DNA from: a bacterium
GTDB lineage: Bacteria > Margulisbacteria > Marinamargulisbacteria > JAHFDA01
Assembly (NCBI GenBank): GCA_023249225.1
Contig: JAHFDA010000010.1
Span: 1-59,779 of the forward strand
Length of the DNA stretch: 59,779 bases
Direction: 5' to 3'
A program made the position numbers and the translations under genes. Numbering within the stretch: the stretch's first letter is position 1; each line of letters opens with the position of its first letter. Under the pieces are notes generated by a model. The model worked only from the letters and a program-made list of their open reading frames with translations. It was not told where the DNA came from and made no database searches. Below are positions 1 to 8,863 of the stretch, piece by piece.

Positions 1-2
1 TC

Positions 3-317
3 AAACAGATCGACAAGATTTCAATAAAGCATGTTGATAATGGCCTTGCGGTGGCTCCCTATCTTTTCGACAATCGGCCAGACCTTATTTTAATGGATCT
101 CGAATTATCCGGGGGGGGGCGTGCAGGCAAACAAATCATTCAGGATTTAAAACTGCACCCTAAGCATAAAAATATTCCTATAATAGTTATTTCGGCACGG
201 CGCACGTTAGGAAGCGTTGAAGAATGTATGAGCCTGGGTGTCAGGGCATATTTAATGAAACCTCTTGATCCGGATCGTTTGGTAAAAAAAATCAACGAAG
301 TTTTATTGGGAAAATAA
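3..317 (+). CDS. Response regulator receiver (CheY-like) domain protein, 5'-truncated by window edge
   Basis: Frame is open from position 3. Receiver motifs PDLILMDLEL, IPIIVISA and YLMKP. Confidence 0.85.
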   Translation, partial: KQIDKISIKHVDNGLAVAPYLFDNRPDLILMDLELSGGGRAGKQIIQDLKLHPKHKNIPIIVISARRTLGSVEECMSLGVRAYLMKPLDPDRLVKKINEVLLGK

Positions 318-490
318 CGGGTAGCTGAATTCACCACGTAGCCTTATGTCAGCAGTTCCCAACAACAACTTCCTAAATTCTTCCTTTCATTTTATTCTTG
401 TACGTTCATGGCTAAAGGTCTTGCTTTATATAACCGTGTTCGTCGTATTTTGAAGTCTGCCCAGGTAAGCGCGGTGCAAGAGGCACTTTT

Positions 491-994
491 ATGAAAAAGG
501 TGCGCCAAAATCAATTGACCAAATCAGTCCAAAATAAGATCTATTTGCTACGTGGTCAGGAGATTGTTCTTGACAGGGATTTGGCGGAGTTTTATGGAGT
601 TAAACCATATCGTTTACGCGAACAAATAAAGCGTAATCTGCGAAGATTTCCGGATGATTTTATGTTCCAACTGGCTAAAAATGAGATCGAAGTCATGGTC
701 TCGCAAAATGCGATACCTTCAAAAAAGCATTTAGGCGGTTCATTGCCGTATGCTTTTACTGAACACGGGGCGTTGATGGTTGCTTCTGTATTAAATACCA
801 CACAAGCCGTCGAAATGAGCGTATTTATTATCCGGGCATTTGTTGAAATGCGAAAAATGCTTTCTAGTCATCAAGAGATCTTAACCTTGTTGAAGGAAAT
901 GGAACGTCACTTTAATTACAAAATCAATGTCCATCAGATTTTGATTCAAGGCATCGTTAATACGTTGGATGAATTGACTGATAGATTGAGTTAG
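491..994 (+). CDS. ORF6N-domain DNA-binding protein
   Basis: IYLLRGQEIVLDRDLAEFYGV...KRNLRRFPDDFMFQL...PYAFTEHGALMVASVLN is the ORF6N signature. Confidence 0.9.
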   Translation: MKKVRQNQLTKSVQNKIYLLRGQEIVLDRDLAEFYGVKPYRLREQIKRNLRRFPDDFMFQLAKNEIEVMVSQNAIPSKKHLGGSLPYAFTEHGALMVASVLNTTQAVEMSVFIIRAFVEMRKMLSSHQEILTLLKEMERHFNYKINVHQILIQGIVNTLDELTDRLS

Positions 995-1003
995 GACAAT
1001 ACC

Positions 1004-4000
1004 GTGGATCATCAACCAGATACAATTCAGAACATACTCAATCATAAAATCCTCCTCGTCGACGGCGCCATGGGGACGCAGATTCAGGCGCGCGCGCTGA
1101 CGGCGGCGGATTTTGGCGGGGCAGAGCTGGAGGGTTGTAACGAAAACCTAAACCTGACGCGGCCTGATGTGATTCAGAGCATTCATGAAACTTATCTTGC
1201 GGCGGGAGCGGATATTATCGAAACCAATTCCTTTGGTTCCACGCCGGTGGTGTTGGCGGAATATGGCTTGCAGGCCAAGGCTTTTGATATTTCCAAAGCG
1301 GCGGCCGAAATTGCCCGGCGCGCGACAGACAAATTTTCCACACCCGAGTGGCCGCGCTTTGTGGCCGGTTCCATGGGGCCCACCACCAAAACCATTTCCG
1401 TAACGGGCGGTATCAGTTTCGATCAGCTGCGCAAGGATTACGCTGTGCAGGCCGAAGGGCTCATTGCCGGCGGGGCGGACGTGCTGCTTTTGGAAACCGC
1501 GCAGGACACGCTGAACGTCAAAGCCGGATTGCTCGGCATTCAAGATGCCATGCATAAGCTGGGCCGCAAGATCCCGATTATGCTTTCGGTTACCATCGAA
1601 CCCATGGGCACCATGTTGGCGGGGCAGACCATCGACGCGCTCTACGCCTCCGTGATGCACTTTGACCTGCTTTCCATCGGAATGAACTGCGCCACCGGCC
1701 CTGACTTTATGACAGATCACATTCGTACGCTGGCGGAGGTCAGCCGTTTTAATGTGTCGTGCATTCCCAACGCGGGATTGCCGGATGTGGACGGCAAGTA
1801 CAACGAAACGCCGGAAATCCTGGCGAAAAAAGTGGAGCGTTTCGTGGACAGCGGCTGGGTGAACATCATCGGCGGCTGTTGCGGAACCACGCCGGAGCAT
1901 ATTGCGTTGATGCGGAAGATGTTGGATCGCGGCAAAAAACCACGGAATGTTGCCGGTACACGGTCCGCCGTGTCCCTACTTTCGGGGTTGGAACCCTTTG
2001 TCATTTCCGAAGACAAAAACCCGATTATTGTCGGCGAGCGCACCAACGTGATTGGCTCATCGGTTTTCAAAAAGTTGATCGTGGGCGGCGAGTTCGAGGC
2101 GGCGTCGGAAATCGGCCGCAAGCAAGTGCGCAGCGGCGCTCACATTGTGGACGTATGTCTGGCCAACCCCGACCGCAACGAGCTTGACGACATGAACCGC
2201 TTCCTCGACATCCTGGTCAAAAAAGTCAAAGTGCCGCTCATGATCGACACCACCGATGCCAAGATACTCGAAGAAGCGCTCAAGCGCATTCAGGGCAAGT
2301 GCGTCTATAACTCCATCAACCTCGAAGACGGTGAGGAACGTTTCGAAACAGTGCTGCCGCTGCTGCGCCAATACGGAGCGGCCGCAGTGGTGGGCTGTAT
2401 CGACGATGATCCGCAGCAGGGCATGGCGGTGTCGGTCGAGCGCAAATTGCAAGTGGCCGAACGTTCACACCAGTTGCTTACCCAAAAATATGGTCTGCCC
2501 GAAGAAGACATCATCTTTGACCCACTGGTGTTTCCGTGCGGCACAGGTGACGCGAATTACATCGGCTCGGCGGCCAAGACGGTCGAAGGCGTGCGCGCCA
2601 TCAAGCAGCGCTTTCCGCGTTGCAAGACAGTGCTGGGCATTTCCAATGTCTCGTTTGGGTTGCCGCCGCGCGGGCGTGAAATTCTCAACGCGGTGTTTCT
2701 CTATCACAACGTCAAAGCAGGTTTGGATCTGGCCATCGTCAATTCTGAAAAGCTCGAACGCTACGCCTCCATTCCCGAAAACGAGCGGCAGTTGGCCGAA
2801 GACCTTATCTTTTGGCGCGGCAGCGATCCGGTGGCGGCTTTTGCGGCGTATTTCCGCGACGTTAAGGTCAAGCCGACTTTGGACGAGCGCGCCAAACTTT
2901 CCATCGACGAACGTTTGCCGCGCAACGTTGTCGAAGGCAGCAAAGAAGGTCTCGCCGACGACCTCAACGCCTTGCTGGCCGAAGGCCGCAAGCCGCTCGA
3001 CATCATCAACGGTCCGCTCATGAAGGGCATGGACGAGGTCGGTCGGCTTTTTAACGCCAATGAACTTATCGTCGCGGAAGTGCTGCAAAGCGCCGAGGTC
3101 ATGAAGGCGGCCGTGGCGCAACTGGAACCCTTTATGGAAAAAACCGAGTCGTCCACAAAAGGCAAAATCCTTTTGGCCACGGTCAAAGGCGATGTGCATG
3201 ATATTGGCAAAAACCTGGTCGAAATTATTCTTAAAAACAATGGCTACAACGTGATCAACCTGGGCATTAAAGTTCCGCCCGAGGCGCTCATCGAAGCGTA
3301 CAAGCAACACCGGCCCGATGCCATTGGGCTTTCTGGCCTGCTCGTTAAATCCGCCCAGCAAATGGTGGTGACGGCCAGCGATTTTGAAACGGCCAAAATT
3401 GGTTGTCCGGTTTTGGTGGGTGGGGCGGCCCTCTCGCGGCAGTTTACGCATTTACGCATTGGCGCCGAATTCAGCCACCCGGTGATCTACGCGTCGGACG
3501 CCATGAATGGCCTCGACATCATGAACCAGCTCGTTGATCCCGTGCGCCGCGAAGGCTTGCTTCAAAAAGTTCAAAAGGAAATTGCACAGGCCAGGCAACG
3601 CGCGGAGGAGTCGGCGCTTCGTACGGAAAGTCAGGGGGCCGGAACCAGTGATCGGAAATCGGGAATCAGGCACGATGTTGTGCCGCTGCTTCCTCCGGAT
3701 TTGAAGCCGCATGAGGTGACAGGCGTCTCGCTCGACGAAATTTTTGGCTACATCAATCCGGTGATGCTGTATGGCAAGCACCTCGGGCTGAAAGGTTCCT
3801 TTTATAAACTCATCGAAGCGCGGGATGAAAAAGCCCTGCAGCTTCAAAAACAGGTGCGGGCCTTGCAGGATAAAATCCAGGAGCAAAAACTCCTGCGGCC
3901 GCGGGGTATCTTTCAGTTTTACCGCGCTTGTTCCGACGCTAACGATCTGATTATTCTCGACGCCAGTAAAAAGGAACTGCTCCGATTCAATCTGCCGCGG

Positions 4001-4471
4001 CAACAGCGTGAACCCTATTTGTGCCTCGCAGATTTTGTGGCGCCGCAAAGTTCCAGCCTTGAGGATTTTATTGGCATGTTCGTCGTGACTGCCGGAGAAG
4101 GCGTCATGAACCTTGCCAACCGCTTCAAGGACGAAGGTCGTTACTTTGAATCGCACGCCATTGCCGCCATTGCGCTCGAATCGGCCGAGGCCTTTGCCGA
4201 GCTATTGCACAAACGTATCCGCAGCATGTGGGGCATCCATGATGATCCGGGGCTTACGCTAGCGCAGATCCACGATGCCCAGTACCACAGCAAGCGCTTC
4301 AGCTTCGGCTACCAGGCCTGCCCGAACCTCGAAGACCAGGCCAAGCTCTGGCAGCTGCTCCAGCCGGATTCCGTAGGCGTCCGCCTGACCGAAGAATTTA
4401 TGATGGAACCGGAAGCCTCCGTCAGCGCTTTGGTGTTTTCGCACCCGCAGGCGCGGTATTTTAACGCTTAA
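1004..4471 (+). CDS. metH: Cobalamin-dependent methionine synthase
   Basis: DGAMGT, GGCCGTTPEHI (homocysteine domain), VGERTN (pterin domain), KGDVHDIGKNLV (B12 binding) and C-terminal activation domain; 1155 aa. Confidence 0.98.
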   Translation: MDHQPDTIQNILNHKILLVDGAMGTQIQARALTAADFGGAELEGCNENLNLTRPDVIQSIHETYLAAGADIIETNSFGSTPVVLAEYGLQAKAFDISKAAAEIARRATDKFSTPEWPRFVAGSMGPTTKTISVTGGISFDQLRKDYAVQAEGLIAGGADVLLLETAQDTLNVKAGLLGIQDAMHKLGRKIPIMLSVTIEPMGTMLAGQTIDALYASVMHFDLLSIGMNCATGPDFMTDHIRTLAEVSRFNVSCIPNAGLPDVDGKYNETPEILAKKVERFVDSGWVNIIGGCCGTTPEHIALMRKMLDRGKKPRNVAGTRSAVSLLSGLEPFVISEDKNPIIVGERTNVIGSSVFKKLIVGGEFEAASEIGRKQVRSGAHIVDVCLANPDRNELDDMNRFLDILVKKVKVPLMIDTTDAKILEEALKRIQGKCVYNSINLEDGEERFETVLPLLRQYGAAAVVGCIDDDPQQGMAVSVERKLQVAERSHQLLTQKYGLPEEDIIFDPLVFPCGTGDANYIGSAAKTVEGVRAIKQRFPRCKTVLGISNVSFGLPPRGREILNAVFLYHNVKAGLDLAIVNSEKLERYASIPENERQLAEDLIFWRGSDPVAAFAAYFRDVKVKPTLDERAKLSIDERLPRNVVEGSKEGLADDLNALLAEGRKPLDIINGPLMKGMDEVGRLFNANELIVAEVLQSAEVMKAAVAQLEPFMEKTESSTKGKILLATVKGDVHDIGKNLVEIILKNNGYNVINLGIKVPPEALIEAYKQHRPDAIGLSGLLVKSAQQMVVTASDFETAKIGCPVLVGGAALSRQFTHLRIGAEFSHPVIYASDAMNGLDIMNQLVDPVRREGLLQKVQKEIAQARQRAEESALRTESQGAGTSDRKSGIRHDVVPLLPPDLKPHEVTGVSLDEIFGYINPVMLYGKHLGLKGSFYKLIEARDEKALQLQKQVRALQDKIQEQKLLRPRGIFQFYRACSDANDLIILDASKKELLRFNLPRQQREPYLCLADFVAPQSSSLEDFIGMFVVTAGEGVMNLANRFKDEGRYFESHAIAAIALESAEAFAELLHKRIRSMWGIHDDPGLTLAQIHDAQYHSKRFSFGYQACPNLEDQAKLWQLLQPDSVGVRLTEEFMMEPEASVSALVFSHPQARYFNA

Positions 4472-4482
4472 GTGAAGTGTGA

Positions 4483-4496
4483 CCCCCTATAGGGGG
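4483..4496. terminator. Perfect 14-bp palindrome CCCCCTATAGGGGG after metH; possible terminator or operator
   Basis: Begins 12 nt after the metH stop. The following T tract is weak. Confidence 0.35.
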
Positions 4497-4553
4497 CCTA
4501 TTTGACACACATAAGCTTATTTATCAGATTAAAATTAACCCTTTTGAACTGTA

Positions 4554-4606
4554 TTATATATTAAAATATATAATATATATTAAATTAAATATATTTTAGT
4601 ATATAA
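4554..4606. promoter_or_regulatory. AT-rich 18-bp inverted repeat upstream of the XRE gene; probable operator
   Basis: TTATATATTAAAATATAT (4554-4571) and ATATATTTTAGTATATAA (4589-4606), one mismatch. Confidence 0.5.
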
Positions 4607-4647
4607 ATAAAAGTTTAAAATATATATTAAAGTGTATAATATTAATC

Positions 4648-5112
4648 ATGAGGCGAAGTAAGTTAAACATCATTGATAACATGGCTTTGGCTCGACTACC
4701 CGACAATGCAAAATCTTTTGTAGAACATACCTACGGGGATTGGATTCGCACACTCCGAATACGCTTGCGTATGACCCAAACCGAGTTGGCACAACGGGCC
4801 AAGGTGACCCAGGCTCAACTGGTGCATATCGAAAGTGGCAAGACGGATCCGCAAGTGAGTACGCTGAAGCGGATTTTTGAGGCGTTATCTTGTCAGTTAG
4901 TCTTGGAACCGAGACCCAAAAAACCGCTCGACGAAATTTTGCGGGGTCGCGCACGCAGCCTGGCGTTAAAGCGTTTAAAAAAAACTGCGGGCACCATGGC
5001 TTTAGAAGGTCAGGCTCCAGATGAGGATGTGTTTCGCCAACTGCTAGAAAAACAGACCGACGAGATTCTGGCTGATCCGCGTGCCAAGCTGTGGGACAAG
5101 ATGGATGAGTGA
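4648..5112 (+). CDS. XRE-family HTH protein, mobile mystery protein A type
   Basis: WIRTLRIRLRMTQTELAQRAKVTQAQLVHIESG HTH, plus a C-terminal TMALEGQA segment typical of mobile mystery A. Confidence 0.85.
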   Translation: MRRSKLNIIDNMALARLPDNAKSFVEHTYGDWIRTLRIRLRMTQTELAQRAKVTQAQLVHIESGKTDPQVSTLKRIFEALSCQLVLEPRPKKPLDEILRGRARSLALKRLKKTAGTMALEGQAPDEDVFRQLLEKQTDEILADPRAKLWDKMDE

Positions 5113-5716
5113 CGATACCCGGTTGGGGGATGCCACGGCTGGAGAAGATGTTTCTGACCTTGTTCTTAGCACTCTTTCAGACCGTCGTGCGCGTAATGCT
5201 GCCGAACTTGAAACGATTACGCGTGCGTACAATAAATATATCTTTCGGGCGAGGCGCAGAAAACCTGGGACAGGGTGGCTGACAGAAGACGTTATCTGTT
5301 GCGTCCATCGCGAAATGTTTGGCGGCATCTGGGCTTGGGCTGGAAAATTCCGCACGGTGGAGGTAAACATTGGTGTAAAGTGGCACACCATTCCGGAACA
5401 AGTACGCTTACTATGTGACGACTTTAAGTATTGGGACTCGCCGGACAGCGCCATGTCGGTTTTTGAAGTTGCCGCCCGGCTGCAAAATCGTTTGACGAGG
5501 ATTCATCCCTTTAAAAACGGCAATGGACGTCATGCCCGATTGATGACCGATATCTTTTTCTATTCCCGCCGACATGCTCTGCCGCAATGGCCGCAGCTAC
5601 AGCTTATGATTCAAGGCGATCAGATTCGCCAAGAGTACATTGCGGCAATGAAAAAGGCAGATGGCGATGATTACAGCGGGTTAATGGCCTTTATCCAACG
5701 GTGTTGCGAAAAATAA
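5105..5716 (+). CDS. Fic-domain protein, mobile mystery protein B type
   Basis: Fic motif HPFKNGNGRHAR and HREMFGGIWAWAGKFR. ATG at 5105 overlaps the end of the XRE gene. Confidence 0.88.
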   Translation: MSDDTRLGDATAGEDVSDLVLSTLSDRRARNAAELETITRAYNKYIFRARRRKPGTGWLTEDVICCVHREMFGGIWAWAGKFRTVEVNIGVKWHTIPEQVRLLCDDFKYWDSPDSAMSVFEVAARLQNRLTRIHPFKNGNGRHARLMTDIFFYSRRHALPQWPQLQLMIQGDQIRQEYIAAMKKADGDDYSGLMAFIQRCCEK

Positions 5717-5739
5717 GCATGTGAGCACGTAAACTTGGC

Positions 5740-5815
5740 TGGTGGGCCCTGCAGGACTTGAACCTGCAACCATTCGGTTATGAGCCGAGTGCTCTAACCA
5801 TTGAGCTAAGGGCCC
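5740..5815 (-). tRNA. tRNA with CAT anticodon, most likely tRNA-Ile2 (lysidine)
   Basis: Reverse complement is GGGCCCTTAGCTCAATGGTTAGAGCACTCGGCTCATAACCGAATGGTTGCAGGTTCAAGTCCTGCAGGGCCCACCA: cloverleaf with encoded CCA. The body resembles Ile2 rather than Met tRNAs. Confidence 0.93.
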
Positions 5816-5861
5816 CGCGGCTAAGGCATGCGCAGCGTTCACGTATTATATACGAGAGTAG

Positions 5862-6212
5862 ATGTTGAACTTTGGCGTGACTCCGCAAAAACATCACGAG
5901 CTTGTGACACGCATGACCAGGCTGGGTGTGACCGAAAGCGCGCTCGAAGAAAAATTCATCCGTTCAGGTGGCAAGGGCGGACAAAACGTCAATAAAGTGG
6001 CCACTTGTGTATACCTGCGGCACCCGCCTTCGGGTGTCGAAATCAAAATGCAGCGTGGCCGTTCTCAAGCGTTAAACCGTTTCTTTGCCCGACGGGCACT
6101 TTGCGAAAAACTTGAAAACCTGCGCCTGGGTAAGGCCAGTCCGGAACAACTCCAAATCGAAAAGATTCGCAAGCAAAAACAACGTCGTGGAAGACGGTCT
6201 CGAAACAAATAA
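5862..6212 (+). CDS. arfB: Codon-independent peptidyl-tRNA hydrolase/release-factor-like protein (ArfB/YaeJ family)
   Basis: RSGGKGGQNVNKV (GGQ motif), RSQALNR and a basic C-terminal tail. Confidence 0.8.
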   Translation: MLNFGVTPQKHHELVTRMTRLGVTESALEEKFIRSGGKGGQNVNKVATCVYLRHPPSGVEIKMQRGRSQALNRFFARRALCEKLENLRLGKASPEQLQIEKIRKQKQRRGRRSRNK

Positions 6213-6246
6213 CTTGTCCAATTAAAAATGCTAAAATATTCCCCAC

Positions 6247-7191
6247 ATGACTACCCGTTGTGCCGTGATTGGTCACCCTATTGAACATTCCAAATCTCCG
6301 GACATGCACACGGCGGCTTACAAAGCTTTGGGCCTTGATTTTACCTACGAAAAAATGGATGTCGAGCCACGGGGGCTTAAGGAATGGATGGCCCAGGAAG
6401 CGCCCAAGTTGCGAGGCTTTAATGTCACGGTGCCGCACAAGGTACGGATGCTTAAATTTGCCCATGCCAAAGATCCCTTGGTTGATAAAGTGGGGGCGGC
6501 CAACACCATGATCAACCAGGACGGACAGCTTTTTGCTTACAACACCGATGTCGAGGGATTTCTAAAGGCGCTGAAACAAGACCTTCAATTTGACCCATGC
6601 GACAAACACGTGCTGGTCATTGGAGCGGGTGGCGCGGCGCGGGCCGTATGTGTGGCGCTGTTTGAGAGTGGGGTTAAAAAACTGTCCATGACCAACCGCA
6701 CCCTGGTGTACGCCAAAGACATGCAAGAAGAGTTGACGCCGTTTTACCCCCTGCAAATGGAAGTATACGTTTTAAATTCGATCAACCTGCTGGGAGCCAT
6801 CGAAGAAGCCGACCTCATTGTTCAGACCACCCCTGTGGGCATGACCCCCAACGTGGGCGAGAGTCCGCTTGATAATTTTGTCACCGTACATGCGGGCCAC
6901 AAGGTGATGGATCTCATTTATTCTCCCAAGGAAACCGAGTTCATGCGTCGTTGCCGCGAGCGCGGCGCTCAAGTGGCCAATGGGCTTTCGATGCTGGTGT
7001 ATCAAGGGGTGGCGGCGTTTGAAAAAATGACTGGCCGTACGGTGGATCCTCAGGTCTTTCGTGACGCCGTCGACTTGGGGGCGCCCTTGCCACCTGAAGC
7101 CTGGGCCCGTCAGAACCGTATTCCGCTTCAAGATTTGGCGGGCGACCCGCACGCCAATGATCCGTTATCATTTACAGGGAAGCGCGGATGA
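6247..7191 (+). CDS. aroE: Shikimate dehydrogenase
   Basis: GHPIEHSKSP, GFNVTVPHK, GAANT, NTD, GAGGAARA, DLIYSP and GLSMLVYQG. Confidence 0.96.
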   Translation: MTTRCAVIGHPIEHSKSPDMHTAAYKALGLDFTYEKMDVEPRGLKEWMAQEAPKLRGFNVTVPHKVRMLKFAHAKDPLVDKVGAANTMINQDGQLFAYNTDVEGFLKALKQDLQFDPCDKHVLVIGAGGAARAVCVALFESGVKKLSMTNRTLVYAKDMQEELTPFYPLQMEVYVLNSINLLGAIEEADLIVQTTPVGMTPNVGESPLDNFVTVHAGHKVMDLIYSPKETEFMRRCRERGAQVANGLSMLVYQGVAAFEKMTGRTVDPQVFRDAVDLGAPLPPEAWARQNRIPLQDLAGDPHANDPLSFTGKRG

Positions 7192-7853
7192 ACAGCGATT
7201 ATAAAAAATATCAACGTGTGGCGGTGCTGGTCGATGTGCAGAATGTTTATTATTCGGCCCGCCATATTCACGGCGGACGCGTCCATTACAAAAAACTGCT
7301 TGAAGAAGCGGTAGACGGTCGGCAACTGGTTCGCGCCATTGCCTACATTGTTCAAACACCCGAGGCCGACCAAAGCACGTTTCGCGAAATGCTCGATCAC
7401 GAGGGTTTTGAGATCAAGGTGAAAGAAGTGCGTGTGCGTTCAGACGGTTCCATGAAGGCCGATTGGGACATGGGCATTGCCATCGATGCCATCAGCATGG
7501 CCGACAAGCTGGACGTGATTGTACTTGTCAGTGGCGATGGCGACTTTGTAGACATGGTCAACCTTCTCAAAAGTCGTGGCGTGTTTGTAGAAGTCTACAG
7601 TTTTGAAAAAAGCACCAACACCGATTTAATCAAAGTTGCCAACCGGCATTTTCCGATGGGGGCTGCACATGTGATTCGTGCATCACGTCCTGAAAATCAG
7701 TCGGCCCCAGACCGCCGTCCAGCGCAAAACAACCATCGTCCGCGACCCGATAATCCCCCCCGAACCGGAGGCCGACCGGCGCAGTCCCGCCGCATGCGAC
7801 CGCCGCTTAGGGCATCGTTGCCGTCTGGACAGGGACCGACCCAGCCTGGCTAG
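7188..7853 (+). CDS. NYN-domain (LabA/DUF88) protein with disordered Arg/Pro-rich tail
   Basis: VLVDVQNVYY, KADWDMGIAID and LVSGDGDF. Confidence 0.92.
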   Translation: MNSDYKKYQRVAVLVDVQNVYYSARHIHGGRVHYKKLLEEAVDGRQLVRAIAYIVQTPEADQSTFREMLDHEGFEIKVKEVRVRSDGSMKADWDMGIAIDAISMADKLDVIVLVSGDGDFVDMVNLLKSRGVFVEVYSFEKSTNTDLIKVANRHFPMGAAHVIRASRPENQSAPDRRPAQNNHRPRPDNPPRTGGRPAQSRRMRPPLRASLPSGQGPTQPG

Positions 7854-7873
7854 ACCTGACGCAGATCCAGAGT

Positions 7874-8761
7874 ATGCGAGTTGCCATGACCTACTATGAC
7901 GCCACCAGCGCACAGCACTTAATTGATCTTGCCCTGCACGAAGATCTGGGTCATGTGGGCGATGTCACCAGTGATTGTTTATGGGACGAATCAGTTCAGG
8001 GGCACGCCGTACTGCATGCCAAATCAAATGGTGTGTGGTGCGGGGCAGATCTTTTTAGGCAGGTCTTTCATACACTTGATGCCAAGCTCAATGTGCAGCT
8101 AAGTGCTTTGGACGGAAAGCATTTTAAGGCCGGGGATATCTTGGCCGACATGCATGGGTCGCTGGGGGCCATCCTTAAAGGCGAACGTACGGCGCTCAAT
8201 TTTGCCGGACACTTGTGTGGCATTGCCACACTGACGCGTCAGTTTGTCGATCGCATCGCCCATACGCACACCCGCATTCTTGATACTCGCAAGACCTTGC
8301 CGGGCTACCGGGCCCTCGAAAAAATGGCAGTACATTGTGGAGGCGGTCTTAACCACCGCATGGGTCTGCACGATGCGGTTCTGGTCAAAGAAAATCACAT
8401 TGCCGGATTTAAGGGCACATTGTCCGAGCTTGTCCAAATGTACCGTATCAAGCGGCCGGATCTGACGATTGAAGTTGAAGTTGAAACCCTTGCGCAGTTG
8501 CAAGAACTTATTCCTGGCCAGCCCAACCGTGTGCTGCTTGATCATTTTTCGCTAGAGGACATGCGTTCGGCCGTGGCCTTATGCCGCTTGGCGGGTATTC
8601 AGGTTGAGGCCAGCGGAAATATGACGCTCGACCGGATCGCAGCGGTGGCCGAAACCGGAGTAGACTTTATCAGCGTGGGTGCGTTAACACATTCGGCACC
8701 CGTCAGCGATTTATCCCTGCAAATTAAAACAAATCTTGAGAATACCGAGCTATCGATCTAA
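7874..8761 (+). CDS. nadC: Nicotinate-nucleotide pyrophosphorylase (quinolinate phosphoribosyltransferase)
   Basis: ERTALN, DTRKTLPG, HRMGLHDAVLVKENHI, EASG and DFISVGALTHS. Confidence 0.97.
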   Translation: MRVAMTYYDATSAQHLIDLALHEDLGHVGDVTSDCLWDESVQGHAVLHAKSNGVWCGADLFRQVFHTLDAKLNVQLSALDGKHFKAGDILADMHGSLGAILKGERTALNFAGHLCGIATLTRQFVDRIAHTHTRILDTRKTLPGYRALEKMAVHCGGGLNHRMGLHDAVLVKENHIAGFKGTLSELVQMYRIKRPDLTIEVEVETLAQLQELIPGQPNRVLLDHFSLEDMRSAVALCRLAGIQVEASGNMTLDRIAAVAETGVDFISVGALTHSAPVSDLSLQIKTNLENTELSI

Positions 8762-8863
8762 GCCACCATGCGAATACCGTCAGCGCGACCGATAGACATT
8801 GGGAAGACTCCAAGACCACGTTTCTGTGACTAGTACTTCAAAATAAGTGCTATAATTTTAAGT

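Noticed and set aside
318-1003. Cobalamin or SAM riboswitch upstream of metH; also a glmS ribozyme upstream of glmS
   Set aside because: metH starts 9 nt after ORF6N and glmS 6 nt after recN, leaving no room. No consensus elements were seen.
1148-4444. Long antisense and alternate-frame ORFs over metH and other genes (e.g. 2465..3451, 54210..54842)
   Set aside because: Shadow ORFs expected from GC-rich codon usage opposite well-supported genes; no motifs.
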